A DNA stretch of 63,862 nt, counting the filler, from Candidatus Hydrogenedentota bacterium (lineage in GTDB: Bacteria; JBFMHD01): NCBI GenBank assembly GCA_040752395.1. It is 5 parts of 5 records of this genome, joined end to end, with 100 filler letters (N's around TTAATTAATTAA, not from the genome) between each part and the next. Parts side by side here need not be neighbours in the genome. Positions count along the whole stretch, not along the records: positions 38,670 to 51,295 come from JBFMHD010000067.1; 4 more parts are not named here. One strand, written 5' to 3'. This document shows, piece after piece, positions 40,152 through 49,632 of this stretch. The position numbers and the translations under genes are program-made. The first letter of the stretch is position 1. Every line of letters starts with the position of its first letter. The notes beneath the pieces are model-generated. The model did not search any database, was not told where the DNA came from, and saw nothing but the letters and a program-made list of their open reading frames with translations.

Positions 40152-40529
40152 ATGGCAGTGATTCAGAAACAGGTTTTACTTGTAGGTTCTAAAGGGAAAA
40201 GAGAGGTTCAAGCATTATTTGATAGTGGAGCAAGTTACTCTTGCTTAAATCCTAAATTAGCAAAAGAGATTGAACAAATAATACCGCTTCCTGAACCGAG
40301 GGAGTTTGGTACTGCTAAAGATGGTGATAAATTAAGAGCAAAAGAGCGGGTAAGTTTAGATTTCTACATTGATAACCTGCGGTTCTCAGACGAGTTTATG
40401 CTAATAGAAGATTTATCAGAGGAAGCGATAATAGGTTCTGCAACGCTGCAGAAGTGGAGGATGAAATTAGATTTTGAGCATGATGAGGTTATTCTTGATC
40501 CACGTGTTACTAAATTAAGATTGTTATAG
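40152..40529 (+). CDS. Retropepsin-like (clan AA) aspartyl protease
   Basis: ALFDSGAS catalytic motif and AIIG..TLQ motif; 125 aa. Confidence 0.82.
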   Translation: MAVIQKQVLLVGSKGKREVQALFDSGASYSCLNPKLAKEIEQIIPLPEPREFGTAKDGDKLRAKERVSLDFYIDNLRFSDEFMLIEDLSEEAIIGSATLQKWRMKLDFEHDEVILDPRVTKLRLL

Positions 40530-40745
40530 GCAAGATGCAAGATAACGGAAAGAAAGATAACGAAAGAGGCACAGAGGCACAACGTATGAAAAACTAAAGA
40601 TGATATAAAAAGAGTCGTGAGTCAAAACAGGACTTGAGACTCAAGACTTTTCAGCAGGCTTTTGGCTTTTGGCTCCAGCCGGCTGTAGTCCGTAGCCTGT
40701 AGTCTGTACCCCGAATTATTATAGTTACAATGTTTTTCAGAGGAG
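40530..40745 (+). repeat. Modular element upstream of fliM
   Basis: Direct repeat of about 39939-40130. Ends GTTTTTCAGAGGAG 6 nt before the fliM GTG. Confidence 0.9.
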
Positions 40746-40751
40746 TAATCA

Positions 40752-41834
40752 GTGACTGATATATTGAGTCAGGATGAAATCGATGCGTTGTTATCAGCTA
40801 TTTCATCAGGTGATTTAGCTGAAACCGAGGCACCGGCTGCTGTTATTGAAGAAGAGAAAGCAGTGCCAGCTGTTACAGTAACAAAAGCTGTCACCAAGAA
40901 AAAGATAAAAGTTTATGATTTTAAGCGGCCTGATAGATTTTCTAAAGACCAGATACGTACCCTTCAAATGATGCATGAATCTTTTGCTCGGATGGCTACA
41001 ACCGCGTTATCAGGCAGATTACGTGCTCTGACACATGTTCATGTCCAGTCAGTTGACCAGATGACGTATGAAGAATTTATAAAGTCTATACCTCATATAA
41101 CAACTATTGCAATAATCGATATGGCGCCTCTTAAAGGTAAAGCAGTATTTGAGATAGACCCGGGAATAACCTATGCAATAATTGACAGATTGTTTGGTGG
41201 TGAAGGGAAAACACCGAATCTTGAACGTGAACTCACTGATGTCGAAGCCTCGGTAATGGAAAAAGTTATAATCAGGCTACTTAACGATTTAAAAGAAGCG
41301 TGGGCAGGTGTTATCTTTCTCCGACCCAAACTTGATGCGCTCGAATCAAATCCACAGTTTGTTCAGGTTGTTCCACCAACTGATATGGTTGTTTTAGTAA
41401 CTTTCTCAACCAAGATTGGTGATATAGAAGGGATGACCAATCTATGTATCCCATACATAACTATCGAATCTATAGTTTCGAAACTTTCTGCACAATTATG
41501 GTATGCTTCAATTAGAAAAGGCGGTTCTTCAGAGAGTATGCAGGCATTAAGGAAAAGAATAAGTAATATTTATGTACCTATTGTTGCTGAATTAGGGGCT
41601 ACAAAAGTTTCATTTGACCAGATTTTATCTTTACAGACAGGAGACGTTATTAAACTTGATAATAAACATAAAGAAGATATTACAGTTAAAGTCGGGTTAC
41701 AGACTAAATTTAAATGCAGACCAGGTGTATCCGGCTCTAAAAAAGCTATACAGATAACAGGTATAGCAGATGTGACATTGTCTGATGAATTAAGTCAGAG
41801 TGTTACTAAAGGAGGTGAACTCGCAAATGAGTAA
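40752..41834 (+). CDS. fliM: Flagellar motor switch protein FliM
   Basis: LSQDEIDALL, YDFKRPDRFSKDQIRTL, ESNPQF. Confidence 0.96.
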   Translation: MTDILSQDEIDALLSAISSGDLAETEAPAAVIEEEKAVPAVTVTKAVTKKKIKVYDFKRPDRFSKDQIRTLQMMHESFARMATTALSGRLRALTHVHVQSVDQMTYEEFIKSIPHITTIAIIDMAPLKGKAVFEIDPGITYAIIDRLFGGEGKTPNLERELTDVEASVMEKVIIRLLNDLKEAWAGVIFLRPKLDALESNPQFVQVVPPTDMVVLVTFSTKIGDIEGMTNLCIPYITIESIVSKLSAQLWYASIRKGGSSESMQALRKRISNIYVPIVAELGATKVSFDQILSLQTGDVIKLDNKHKEDITVKVGLQTKFKCRPGVSGSKKAIQITGIADVTLSDELSQSVTKGGELANE

Positions 41835-42912
41835 TGGTACTTTATCGCAGGATGAAATTGATGCCTTGTTATCTGAGGCAGTTGGAGGTCCCCAAACTAA
41901 AAAAACTATTGAAACTCAAATAGAAATCGGTGGTATAACTGACCGAGAGAAATCTGACCTGACTAAAATTTTCTCTGAAATATTAGTTTCAGGTGGTGTA
42001 GTGATCGGAACGATACTGAACAGAACTGCAAATTTTAAAAATGTTCATTGTAAAATTTTAAATTTATCAGAGATAGGTTCGGATATAAATAAAAAGGCAA
42101 TCATAGCTTCAACAGATTTTAAAGATGCCATTTCTGGCAGGATAAATTTTATTATTTCTTTTGAAGATACGTTAAAAATATCTGATATTATTCTTGGCGA
42201 AACAACTGAAGCAAAAGAAGAAGCAGAATTTACTATTCAACAGAAAAACGCTTTCACTGAGGTGATGAATCAGTTTTACAGTTCATTCTCGCATTCGCTA
42301 ACTGAGAAATTAGGTAGATCTATTACACAGGGATCAGTTACATTGAAAACAATCAAACCAGGCGAGAAAATTGATCTTGGGATAAGTGATAATGAAATTG
42401 TTTCTATTGAAAGTGATTTAAATGTAGAAGGCGTTATGGAGAATAAGGTGAGGATTATTATGCCAGTAGCTGTGGCAAGAGATATCAATCAGATGATTTC
42501 TGGTGGTGTTAAAGAATACACTGTTAAGGAGATAAAAACAGAGGTTAGACCTGCTGCTACTCCGCTAACACCCAGCGTGCCACAGGAAACAGGGGTAAGA
42601 GTTAAACCAGTTCAGTTTCAGCAATTTGGGGCTACGACACAAGAACCCTTACCAACTAATATGCAGTTACTTCTTGATGTGCCGATGGATGTTACAGTGG
42701 AGCTTGGCAGAACCCGTAAATTAGTAAGAGACGTTCTTGAACTCGGCACCGGCTCAATAATTGAACTTGATAAATTAGCAGGCGAGCCTGTTGATATAAT
42801 GGTGAACGGAAAACTTGTGGCCAAAGGCGAGGTTGTTGTAATAGATGAAAATTTTGGTGTAAGAGTTACTGATATTATAACGCCGATGGAAAGACTGGTG
42901 AATTTGCAGTAA
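41827..42912 (+). CDS. fliY: Flagellar switch protein FliY (CheC-like + FliN)
   Basis: LSQDEIDALL N-peptide, EVMNQ, C-terminal VELG...LDKLAGEPVD...GEVVVIDENFGVR. Confidence 0.88.
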   Translation: MSNGTLSQDEIDALLSEAVGGPQTKKTIETQIEIGGITDREKSDLTKIFSEILVSGGVVIGTILNRTANFKNVHCKILNLSEIGSDINKKAIIASTDFKDAISGRINFIISFEDTLKISDIILGETTEAKEEAEFTIQQKNAFTEVMNQFYSSFSHSLTEKLGRSITQGSVTLKTIKPGEKIDLGISDNEIVSIESDLNVEGVMENKVRIIMPVAVARDINQMISGGVKEYTVKEIKTEVRPAATPLTPSVPQETGVRVKPVQFQQFGATTQEPLPTNMQLLLDVPMDVTVELGRTRKLVRDVLELGTGSIIELDKLAGEPVDIMVNGKLVAKGEVVVIDENFGVRVTDIITPMERLVNLQ

Positions 42913-43025
42913 TAAAATTTAGCTATTTTATTAATTCCTGGCGAGATTTTTATAAATAGAGATAATTTCATTAAAAGTGCTAAAGTAATAAGAAGTGAAT
43001 TAAAGATATTGATGAAGATGTAATT

Positions 43026-43361
43026 ATGAGGACAAAAAAACTTACAGATAAAATAATAGTTGAAACATTAGAAAAAAAGAGTGAGATACTTAAAAAATAC
43101 GGAGTTAAAAAAATAGGACTATTTGGTTCTTTTATGAAGGCTAAACAGAAGAAAAATAGTGATATTGATTTTCTTATTGAATTTGAATTAAATATGTTTG
43201 GTGAAAACTTTAAAGGACTTTATGAAGCATTTATGGATTTATCAGATTATCTTGAAAATCTTTTCCATAGAAAAGTAGAGATATTAACCCCAATAAGTAT
43301 AGAAACTATAAGAATAAAAAGGATTGCAGATGAGATAAAAAGGAGCGTAGTTTATGTTTAA
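43026..43361 (+). CDS. MNT antitoxin (MntA-like)
   Basis: IGLFGSF......SDIDFLIEF. Confidence 0.85.
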   Translation: MRTKKLTDKIIVETLEKKSEILKKYGVKKIGLFGSFMKAKQKKNSDIDFLIEFELNMFGENFKGLYEAFMDLSDYLENLFHRKVEILTPISIETIRIKRIADEIKRSVVYV

Positions 43362-43701
43362 AAGAGGGGATTTAGAATTTTTGATAGATATTAAAGAGGC
43401 AATAAAGAGGATAGAAACTTATATTAACAAAGTAGATTATGAAGAATTTTAAAAAAATATAGAAAAGCAAGATGCGGTCATCAGAAACCTGGAAATCATT
43501 GGTGAGGCGGTAAAGAACCTCTCACCTTATATTAGAAAAAAACAGAAGGATATTGAATGGAGAAATTTTGCTGGAATGAGAGATAAAATAATCCATTTTT
43601 ATTTTGGAATAAAATGGGATATTGTGTGGTCTGTTATTAAAAATAAGATACCCGAACTTAAAACAAAAATTAAAATAATACTGAGAGATTTGGAAAAATA
43701 A
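43354..43701 (+). pseudogene. HepT/DUF86 RNase toxin with in-frame TAA at 43450-43452
   Basis: One frame reads ...YEEF*KNIEKQDAVIRNLEIIGEA...W...AGMRDKIIHFYFG (RX4HXY). Confidence 0.85.
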
Positions 43702-44291
43702 TGAGACCTGATAAAAACAAAGAAAACATTAAAATAAAGAGAGTTATTTTATGTGTTTTAGTATTATTTATTTATTTTTTACTTATAACAAATACTCTAA
43801 CCATAGAATCTGATACAAAAATAAGTAATATTCAGAGTGTGAAAACCGGGTTGGAATCTATTTCTGTCAAACAAGCAGAATATTCTTTTACAGGCCTTTT
43901 CATAAAGACAGTTATCGGACTTTTGATAATAATAGTAATAATATTTGTTATTTCCAGGTTTTTATGGCGGGGTAGAAGAATCTTTGAAAGAAAAAGTAAT
44001 ATTATTAAACAGCATTATATCTATCCGCTGGGAACGAATAAGTATCTTCTTTTAGTAGAGTTCAGCGAAAAATTGCTTCTTTTAGGAGTGACAGAAAATT
44101 CAATAAATTGCTTGACAGAAATAACAGAAAAAGACAAAATCGACAATATAAAGTTAGAATTAAGCAGGAGTGAGAAAAAGGGTTCGTTTACGAGTATTTT
44201 CAGGGAAGAAACAGAGAATAATAAAGGAATGGTTGACAAAAAAATCGACGAGTCATTGATTGATCGAATTCGCAGACTAAAAGAGAGATAG
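43701..44291 (+). CDS. fliO: Flagellar biosynthesis protein FliO/FliZ
   Basis: TM helix followed by LGTNKYLLLVE....LLLGVT..SI..L; upstream of fliP. Confidence 0.8.
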   Translation: MRPDKNKENIKIKRVILCVLVLFIYFLLITNTLTIESDTKISNIQSVKTGLESISVKQAEYSFTGLFIKTVIGLLIIIVIIFVISRFLWRGRRIFERKSNIIKQHYIYPLGTNKYLLLVEFSEKLLLLGVTENSINCLTEITEKDKIDNIKLELSRSEKKGSFTSIFREETENNKGMVDKKIDESLIDRIRRLKER

Positions 44292-44324
44292 TTTAAGATT
44301 AAAAACGAAGTAATCTACGGAGCA

Positions 44325-45167
44325 ATGTTCATGGGAGGGAATGTAGTACAATCCGCAACTTATATCTTACAATTTACAAATTACCTAAATAGGATTTGCA
44401 GGTTTAAAAAATATTTCTTTATTATTTTAATATTCCTATTCTTTTTTTGGAGTCGGATTTACGGAGCGGGTGAAGATTTAAATCTTCCGTTACCTGTACC
44501 AAAAGTTAATATCGACATAACAGAAGCAAAATCGCCAGAAGAAGTATCAACAGCATTACAGCTTCTTTTCCTTTTAACAATACTTGCTTTAGCGCCCTCT
44601 ATAATTTTAATGACCACCTCATTTGTACGTGTGGCAATAATCTTATCGTTTATAAAAAGAGCGTTATCACTCCAGGATTTGCCGCCAAATCAAGTAATGA
44701 TGTCACTCGCTTTGTTCCTCACTTTTTTTATAATGGCTCCCACCTTTTTAAAAATAAATAACGAGGCTATTCAGCCTTATCTGAAAGGAGAAATTACTCA
44801 AAGAGAGGCTCTTTCTAAAGCGATGGTGCCATTAAGAGAATTTATGTTTAAACAAACCCGCGAAAAAGACATAGCTTTATTTGTAAAATTAGGGAATTTA
44901 GAAAGACCTAAAAATATGAATGATATCCCAACTTATATTCTTGTGCCAGCATTTATGATATCTGAAATACATATATCTTTTATTATGGGATTATATTTGT
45001 ATTTACCCTTTGTTGTAATAGATATGGTTGTAGCCTCGACTTTGTTATCTATGGGTATGATAATGTTGCCGCCGGTTATGATATCATTACCTTTTAAAAT
45101 ATTATTGTTTATCGTTATTGATGGCTGGCATTTATTATCGTATGCGATCGTGAAGGCGTATATGTGA
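44325..45167 (+). CDS. fliP: Flagellar export protein FliP
   Basis: TSFVR, PPNQV, PAFMISE, MGMIMLPP..ISLPFK. Confidence 0.96.
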   Translation: MFMGGNVVQSATYILQFTNYLNRICRFKKYFFIILIFLFFFWSRIYGAGEDLNLPLPVPKVNIDITEAKSPEEVSTALQLLFLLTILALAPSIILMTTSFVRVAIILSFIKRALSLQDLPPNQVMMSLALFLTFFIMAPTFLKINNEAIQPYLKGEITQREALSKAMVPLREFMFKQTREKDIALFVKLGNLERPKNMNDIPTYILVPAFMISEIHISFIMGLYLYLPFVVIDMVVASTLLSMGMIMLPPVMISLPFKILLFIVIDGWHLLSYAIVKAYM

Positions 45168-45189
45168 TCCGACATTCTTTCGAATGTCG

Positions 45190-45312
45190 AATTGAAAATT
45201 GAAGTTAAAGGAACAAAGGAACAAAGTAGTAAGGGTCACAAGACCCGTAGTAGGCAAATAAATTTGCAATTTGCAATTTAAAATTTGCAATAGAGCGAAG
45301 CGACAGAGGAGG
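45190..45312 (+). repeat. Modular element upstream of fliQ (GGGTC-ACAA-GACCC hairpin, TTTGCAA array, GAGCGAAGCGAC, SD)
   Basis: Matches 38758-38828; ends CAGAGGAGG before the fliQ ATG. Confidence 0.85.
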
Positions 45313-45319
45313 CTTAACA

Positions 45320-45598
45320 ATGAGTATTAACGAAGTAGTAGCTATAGCTCGAGACACTATCTGGATAGCTATATACACTGCTGCACCTATGTTATTAACG
45401 AGCATCATTGTAGGACTTGGTATCAGCATACTTCAAACAACAACCTCTATTCAGGAACAGACGCTTACCTTTGTACCTAAATTAGTAGCTATTTTTGTGG
45501 TGACAGTGTTGTTCGGTGGTTTTATGACACAGACGATGATGGATTTTACAATCCAGATTTTCGAGAAAATAATGAATATCAAAGCAAGCAATTTCTAG
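45320..45598 (+). CDS. fliQ: Flagellar export protein FliQ
   Basis: QTTTSIQEQTLTFVPK. Confidence 0.95.
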   Translation: MSINEVVAIARDTIWIAIYTAAPMLLTSIIVGLGISILQTTTSIQEQTLTFVPKLVAIFVVTVLFGGFMTQTMMDFTIQIFEKIMNIKASNF

Positions 45599-45628
45599 AT
45601 ATCACATCAGTTATAAGTGATATAATAA

Positions 45629-45653
45629 AAGCAAGAGGCAAGAGGCAAGAAGC
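45629..45653 (+). repeat. GCAAGAG/A heptamer array before fliR
   Basis: AAGCAAGAGGCAAGAGGCAAGAAGC directly abuts the ATG. Confidence 0.7.
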
Positions 45654-46424
45654 ATGGAGATAATCCTTTATCATTTCAGGACTTTTTTTATAGTTTTTTC
45701 AAGGGTATCGGGCTTGTTTGTTGCTACACCGGTTTTTGCTTCGCAATCAATACCAATGATTTCAAAAGGCACACTCGCTTTTTTTATCTCTTTAATATTG
45801 TACCCTATTGTGAATGCTCATATCCCCAAAACGCCTGATTCAATGGTATCCTATTTATTTTTATGTGGCCAGGAGGTACTGATAGGTCTGATCATTGGTT
45901 TGACTGCGGCGGTAATAATACAGATTTTTCAAATATCAGCTGAATTTTACAGCACTCAGATTGGTTTTGGGATAATGAGTGTTTTTGATCCTTTAAGTGA
46001 AAACAATATCCCGCTAATCGGTCATTTTCAGGCGCTTCTTGGACTAATGATATTTCTACTATTAAGTGGAGATGCGTTTATTTTGATGGGGCTTAAGGAT
46101 AGTTTTGTGTTATGGGAGACCATCTCTATTAACAATGCAGAATCGTTTTACAAAATATTTTTCGATATAATTCACATGGTATTTATTGTTAGTTTTCAGA
46201 TAGGTGCGCCTTTGATGGCGACTATGTTTCTTATCTCTGTTGCATCAGGCCTTCTCTCGCGTGCAGCACCGCAAATGAATATACTTATTGTTGAGTTGCC
46301 GATAAAGATTGTTATTGGATTATTGAGTCTGGCAATACTGATGCCAATCTTTTTTAAATTAGGTGGCGAAGTGATAACAAAAATAGATTATTATATTCGA
46401 GTTTTAGTAAAAGTATGTGGCTAA
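45654..46424 (+). CDS. fliR: Flagellar export protein FliR
   Basis: QIGFG....FDP, LSRAAPQMNI. Confidence 0.93.
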   Translation: MEIILYHFRTFFIVFSRVSGLFVATPVFASQSIPMISKGTLAFFISLILYPIVNAHIPKTPDSMVSYLFLCGQEVLIGLIIGLTAAVIIQIFQISAEFYSTQIGFGIMSVFDPLSENNIPLIGHFQALLGLMIFLLLSGDAFILMGLKDSFVLWETISINNAESFYKIFFDIIHMVFIVSFQIGAPLMATMFLISVASGLLSRAAPQMNILIVELPIKIVIGLLSLAILMPIFFKLGGEVITKIDYYIRVLVKVCG

Positions 46425-47575
46425 AAGTAGAAGCAAGAAGTAACATCGGTTCGTTCTTTATAAAGGATGTCATCAGAATCGATTTGCAGTGGTTTGCAGC
46501 TGAGGACGAGGGCAGAACTGAGAAACCCACAGGAAAAAAATTAGGTAAAGCACGCAGTGAAGGTAAAGTACCTAAAAGTCAATTCTTAAATCAGGCCGTG
46601 TTACTTTTTACCGGATTTATGGTTTTATATTATTTAGCTGGATGGGCATTTAGAAATTTAATGTGGTTTACCACCTATTCAATTCAGCTGATATCAGATG
46701 CTAAAGATTTTTCATTATCAGATTTTACTAATATTTTATTTTTTACTATGTTCTTTATTTTAAAAATATTAAGTCCTTTTTTAATTATTGCTATTATCGT
46801 TGCGATTGTAATAAACATTATTCAGAGTGGTATCGTATGGTCATTCAATCCATTTAAGTTCGATTTCAATCGGGTGCTACCTCATTTACCAAGATTTTTT
46901 ACCACTAATATTTTTTCACGGCAAGCAGCTGTTAATTTTATAAGAACCATTGCTTTGCTTGTTATAATTTCTTTTATTGAGTATAAAGTTATTAAAAATA
47001 GATATGATGAGATACCCTATATGATGATGATGGGGGTGATGGATAGTGTAAGATTTACGATGGATGTAACTTTTAATATTTTTTTGAAAGTCCTGATATT
47101 AATGCTTATAATCGGGATAGCTGATTATTTGTTTCAAAAATATGAATACATCCAGAGTTTGATGATGAGGCCTGAAGAGGTAAAAGACGAGCTAAGACAG
47201 GCCGAGGGCGACCCGTTGATTAAAAAGGAGCTCAGGAAACGACAATTTGCGATGAGTGCTGCGAGAATGATGAGAGAGGTACCAAAGGCAGATGTTGTTA
47301 TAACCAACCCCACGCATTATGCAGTTGCGCTTAAGTATGACCAGCTTACTATGGATGCGCCAATGTGTATAGCTAAAGGCAAGAATTATCTCGCACTAAA
47401 AATCAAAGAGATTGCGATACAATATGGCATCCCTATTGAAGAAAACAAAGAATTAGCAAAAGCCTTGTACGATACTGTGGAGATAGGAGATTTCATACCA
47501 GCTGAGTTATATAGAGCCGTAGCTGAGATACTCGGAAGAATATTTAGAATGAGAAACAGGAGAAAGGCAGCGTGA
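46415..47575 (+). CDS. flhB: Flagellar export protein FlhB
   Basis: TEKPT.KK..KAR.EG, EGDP, NPTH cleavage motif. Confidence 0.96.
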   Translation: MWLKVEARSNIGSFFIKDVIRIDLQWFAAEDEGRTEKPTGKKLGKARSEGKVPKSQFLNQAVLLFTGFMVLYYLAGWAFRNLMWFTTYSIQLISDAKDFSLSDFTNILFFTMFFILKILSPFLIIAIIVAIVINIIQSGIVWSFNPFKFDFNRVLPHLPRFFTTNIFSRQAAVNFIRTIALLVIISFIEYKVIKNRYDEIPYMMMMGVMDSVRFTMDVTFNIFLKVLILMLIIGIADYLFQKYEYIQSLMMRPEEVKDELRQAEGDPLIKKELRKRQFAMSAARMMREVPKADVVITNPTHYAVALKYDQLTMDAPMCIAKGKNYLALKIKEIAIQYGIPIEENKELAKALYDTVEIGDFIPAELYRAVAEILGRIFRMRNRRKAA

Positions 47576-49632
47576 ATTTTAACGAATGGGTAAAACGTTC
47601 TGAGATTTTATTCCCGCTCTTTTTTGTATGTATAATTGTAATGCTTGTTGTACCACTCCCAACATTTATTTTAGACCTTTTATTATCATTAAATATTTCA
47701 TTATCGATGGTCGTTCTTCTTACAACAATCTATACACCACGAGCTATAGATTTTTCAATATTTCCTGCTTTACTTTTAGTGACAACAGTCTTTAGACTTG
47801 CATTAAACGTCTCTTCAACAAGATTGATTTTGCTTCAGGGTATAGCCTTTGGCGGCAAGATAATAAGAGCTTTTGGAGAGTTTGTTATTGGCGGCAATTA
47901 TGTAGTTGGTATAGTAATATTTTTAATACTTGTAATAATTCAGTTTATTGTAATTATAAGGGGTGCTACGAGGGTTTCTGAGGTTGCGGCACGGTTCACA
48001 CTCGATGCTATGCCAGGCAAACAGCTCGCTATAGATGCTGATCTCCAGCAGGGACTCATAACAGAAGCCGAGGCAAAAGAGAGAAGGAAAGAGATAAGAC
48101 AGGAAGCTGATTTTTATGGTGCGATGGATGGTGCTGCCAAATTTGTGCAGGGCGACACAATGGCTGGATTAATCATTACTTTTATTAATATTATTGGTGG
48201 ACTGATTATAGGTACGATATTCAGGGGGGAGCCGATAATGGAAGCAGCGCGAGTTTATACGACACTTACTGTAGGTGATGGGCTTGTGGCTCAGATACCG
48301 TCTCTTTTAGTATCGGTAGCAACTGGTTTAATAGTCACTCGCGCAGCAACCGATTCTGAGATGAGCACCGATGTAGTTAGACAGCTGACAAGACAACCAA
48401 GAGCCTTGTATATCGCATCAGGTATACTGACATTTTTTGGTATCTTTACTCCGCTGCCAGCCTCGAGTCTGTTACCTATGGCTGCTTTTTTTGCTTTTAT
48501 TGCTTATCAATCTCACCAATCAATGCAGGTACTCGCAAAAGAAAAAGAAGCCACTAAAAAGAAAAAAGAAGCTGAAGAGATTAAAAAACCAGAAAATGTT
48601 ACTGCATTATTAACAGTGGATCCTATGGAATTAGAGATCGGATATAGTTTAATACCACTTGTTGACCCTCAACGTGGCGGTGATCTACTTGATAGAATAA
48701 CTCTGATTAGAAGACAGATGGCGCTTGAGATGGGAATAATAGTTCCGCCAATACGCATAAGAGATAATTTAAAGTTAAAACCCGAGGCATACATAATAAA
48801 AATAAGAGGGGTAGAGGTTGCAGGTGGGACATTAAGGATAGATAGATATCTTGCAATGAATCCTGGTACAGTTGATGTAAAGATACCTGGCGAGGTTACG
48901 GTAGAGCCTGCATTCGGGTTCCCTGCGATATGGGTATCAGAAGAGAACAGAGAGAAGGCTGAAATGGCTGGCTATACTGTGGTCGATGTTCCGACTGTTA
49001 TAGCAACACATCTTACTGAAGTGATAAGAAATAATGCACATATAATTCTTGGCAGAAAAGAGGTAAAAGACATACTTGATAATTTGAAAAGAACAAATGA
49101 GGCTCTGGTTAATGAATTAATACCAAATGTATTAACTATGGGTGAGGTGCATAAAGTTTTACAGAGGTTACTTGAAGAGGATGTCTCGATAAGGGATATG
49201 ATTACAATATTAGAGACATTATCTGATAAAGCAGTAGCTTATGGTAAAGACATAGAATTACTGGTTGAGGCAACGAGGCAGGCTTTAGCAAGGCATATTT
49301 GTAAATCTTTACAGCAGCCTGACGGTAAAATGTATCTTGTTACGCTTGACCCTGCATTAGAAAATATCATAGTAAATTCTATACAGGAGACTCCAGAGGG
49401 CAAAATTGCGGCTATCGAACCCACCATTAATCAAAAACTTTTAAGAAATATAGCTACAGAGGTTGACAAACTTACAAAGAAAGGGTATCCTGCAGTTGTT
49501 TTGTGTAGCCCTGCTATCCGCAATGTTTTTCGGAAGCTTACAAGAAAAGTTGCTCCTGGCTTAAAAGTCATATCTTTTCAGGAGATAACAAGTGACATTG
49601 ATATTCAGGCAGTAGGTATGGTTGGTGTATGA
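47572..49632 (+). CDS. flhA: Flagellar export protein FlhA
   Basis: EVAARFTLDAMPGKQ, FYGAMDGA.KFV, GDGLVAQIP. Confidence 0.97.
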   Translation: MNFNEWVKRSEILFPLFFVCIIVMLVVPLPTFILDLLLSLNISLSMVVLLTTIYTPRAIDFSIFPALLLVTTVFRLALNVSSTRLILLQGIAFGGKIIRAFGEFVIGGNYVVGIVIFLILVIIQFIVIIRGATRVSEVAARFTLDAMPGKQLAIDADLQQGLITEAEAKERRKEIRQEADFYGAMDGAAKFVQGDTMAGLIITFINIIGGLIIGTIFRGEPIMEAARVYTTLTVGDGLVAQIPSLLVSVATGLIVTRAATDSEMSTDVVRQLTRQPRALYIASGILTFFGIFTPLPASSLLPMAAFFAFIAYQSHQSMQVLAKEKEATKKKKEAEEIKKPENVTALLTVDPMELEIGYSLIPLVDPQRGGDLLDRITLIRRQMALEMGIIVPPIRIRDNLKLKPEAYIIKIRGVEVAGGTLRIDRYLAMNPGTVDVKIPGEVTVEPAFGFPAIWVSEENREKAEMAGYTVVDVPTVIATHLTEVIRNNAHIILGRKEVKDILDNLKRTNEALVNELIPNVLTMGEVHKVLQRLLEEDVSIRDMITILETLSDKAVAYGKDIELLVEATRQALARHICKSLQQPDGKMYLVTLDPALENIIVNSIQETPEGKIAAIEPTINQKLLRNIATEVDKLTKKGYPAVVLCSPAIRNVFRKLTRKVAPGLKVISFQEITSDIDIQAVGMVGV

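Noticed and set aside
39812-40745. CRISPR array
   Set aside because: The repeats are tandem 7-9-mers and long dispersed cores with no constant repeat/unique spacer periodicity, and no cas genes are present.
43450-43452. Stop-codon recoding
   Set aside because: TAA, TAG and TGA all terminate ordinary genes in this window; a single nonsense change or base-call error is simpler.
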